Assembly: GCA_013239625.1 (NCBI GenBank)
Contig: MU053365.1
Coordinates: forward strand, 248,001-312,000
DNA: 64,000 bases
From: Lama guanicoe
Lineage: Eukaryota
Direction of reading: 5' to 3'
Part shown: piece after piece, positions 62,327-64,000 of the stretch
How positions within the stretch are numbered: position 1 is the first letter of the stretch
Layout of the letters: every line of letters begins with the position of its first letter
The notes under the pieces: generated by a model
Told to the model about the DNA's origin: nothing
Seen by the model: only the letters and a program-made list of their open reading frames with translations
Databases searched by the model: none
Position numbers and translations under genes: made by a program

Positions 62327-64000
62327 GAGAGAGAAGCAAGATGGCGGAGTAGAAGGATGCTTGTAGCGCACCCTCTCCCACAAATACACAAAAATTCACA
62401 TCTACGGACCTACTCAGCCAACCAGAGCACCTGCGGAACTCCGACAGAACATCACCCTCTTTGAAAGACAAAGACGCCAAAAATCTGGTAGGAGAAAAGG
62501 GAAAAAGAAAGAATAAAAAGCAGAACAGTGTGGGACTGATCCCGCCGGGAGGGAGCGGCAAAGGAGGAACAGTGCTCGTTCACTGGGTTTCCCCCCTCTC
62601 CAACAGAGAGGCCAGCAGGATGGAGGGGGAGCCTCCGAGGCTCAGATCTGCCCCGAGTACCCCTTGACCGACAGAAATGAGTTATGCGGGCACAAAGGGT
62701 CCCCACGACACCCAGCCCACATTGCGAACGGGCAGCTGGGGCCAGGACAGGTGGCCCGAGCCGGGCGGGGGACGGGGTCGGCTGCGCCGAGGCAGCCCCG
62801 GGGGACTGCAGGGGGCTGCACGCCGTGGCTGGGAGGGGATACAGAGCAGAACAACCTCGGTCCCCCATAAATAGCGAAAAAAGCAAAGCAACACGGCTGG
62901 TGTGCCCTGGGGGGGAGGGGCACCATAGTTTTGTCTCCCCAGACCTGCGCTGCCATTACTGGCGCATCTCGTGAGAAGAGAGGCAGGGCACGACCACAGC
63001 TGCCACGTCCTCCTGTGCGCAGCACCCGGGCGGGGGCGGGGCCGAGCCCTGAATCTGCACCGGGGTCTCCGCGGCCTCCTGGGCAGGACTGAGACTTGTT
63101 TACAGCCCCAGACGGATAGGATCTTTCTGCCCTGGCACCTCAGAGAACTCGCGCCGCCAAAACAAACGAGCTGAGATTTGGCATGGAACCGACCCAAGGC
63201 GGAGCGGGCGGGCAGCCACCCCTCTTCCTGGCAGGAATGCAGCACCTGACCACGGGGCTGGGAGGGGGCACGATCCGCACACCTGCCTCTCCCCGAGTGC
63301 AGCATCTGACTGTGGTATCAGGAGGGGGAGTGACCTGCTTGCCCACCGGGTAAGAGCTCAGCTCCTGGCCCAGTGTTGGGAAGGGGCATGATCTGCTAGC
63401 CAACAGCCACTGGGAGCAGCACAGACGAGGGCGCCAACAGAGGGCCTCTGGAAACAGCAAGCTGAGTTCACAAAACAGGGCGAAGACACAAAGACCTCTC
63501 CATAAAATCATTAAGAGCACAGCGTCTCCAGGAGAACTAGATAACTGATACTCCTTAAGCCACAGTGCCAGAGAGAGATGAGCAATATAAAGAAGCAGAG
63601 GAACCACTCCCAATTAAAAGAGCAAGAGAAATCCCCTGAAAGCACGATCAAGGAAATAGACATTGATGGCCTACTAGATCAAGATTTCAAAAAAGGAGTG
63701 ATCAAAGTACTGAAGGAACTAAAAGAAATAGTGTTTAGAGATATAAAATATGTCAAAAATGAAATTGAAGCTATAAAGAACCAAGTAGAATTAGTAAACT
63801 CATTTGCTGAGATGAGAACTGACCTAAAGGCTGTACAAAGCAGACTAGATAATGCAGAGGAACGAATAAGTGACCTAGAAGACAGGACAACAGAAAGCAC
63901 CCGATCAGAACAGCTGAGAGAAAAACAAATAAAAAACAATGAGTACAATATAAGGGACCTATGGGATAATATAAAGCATGCCAATCTATGCATGATAGGG
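62327..64000 (+). mobile_element. Young LINE-1, 5' end (CpG-rich 5'UTR and start of ORF1), runs off the window
   Basis: Starts gagagagaagcaagatggcgg with a YY1-type motif at about 62338-62347. About 1.25 kb CpG-rich UTR. Preceded by TT|AAAA endonuclease-type site at 62309-62314. Confidence 0.92.
63578..64000 (+). CDS. L1 ORF1p N-terminal 141 codons (partial, open to the window end)
   Basis: MSNIKKQRNHSQLKEQEKSPE...SRLDNAEERISDLEDR...NIRDLWDNIKHANLCMIG; coiled-coil and LWDNIK motifs typical of mammalian ORF1p; no stop in 423 nt. Confidence 0.9.
   Translation, partial: MSNIKKQRNHSQLKEQEKSPESTIKEIDIDGLLDQDFKKGVIKVLKELKEIVFRDIKYVKNEIEAIKNQVELVNSFAEMRTDLKAVQSRLDNAEERISDLEDRTTESTRSEQLREKQIKNNEYNIRDLWDNIKHANLCMIG

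Noticed and set aside
62400..63500. CpG island as a host gene promoter
   Set aside because: It is the internal 5'UTR promoter of the L1.
1..64000. CRISPR arrays, operons or other prokaryotic systems
   Set aside because: The sequence is clearly mammalian and contains no repeat-spacer array.

Overview
Mammalian genomic DNA, very likely camelid, judged from tRNA-derived vic-1-type SINEs and camelid/artiodactyl-type L1 ends. The window is gene-poor and dominated by transposable elements: young and old L1s, L2, MIR, MLT1 LTRs, at least eight ERV solo LTRs, an LTR16/ERVL proviral remnant and hAT/mariner MITEs. Almost all ORFs in the supplied track are spurious or TE-derived. One host gene is visible, and the ORF track caught only part of it: an intact two-exon minus-strand gene (CDS 45166-45044 + 44861-44631, 117 aa, K/R-rich with an acidic tail) resembling the testis gene CXorf51. 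It has its own TATA box, two CRE-like sites and an AATAAA. It lies in a ~4 kb segment bracketed by an old ~1.1 kb direct duplication (about 41080-42170 and 46150-47210). Both copies keep a 72/74-identical, hairpin-forming core ending in a 5' splice site. Also seen: two orphan poly(A)/TSD retro-insertions, a 112-bp near-perfect tandem duplication, a multiply nested TE cluster, and the 5' end of an apparently young L1 whose ORF1 is open to the window end. Repeat-family names come from recalled consensus sequences, not a database search. Boundaries without a TSD are approximate.
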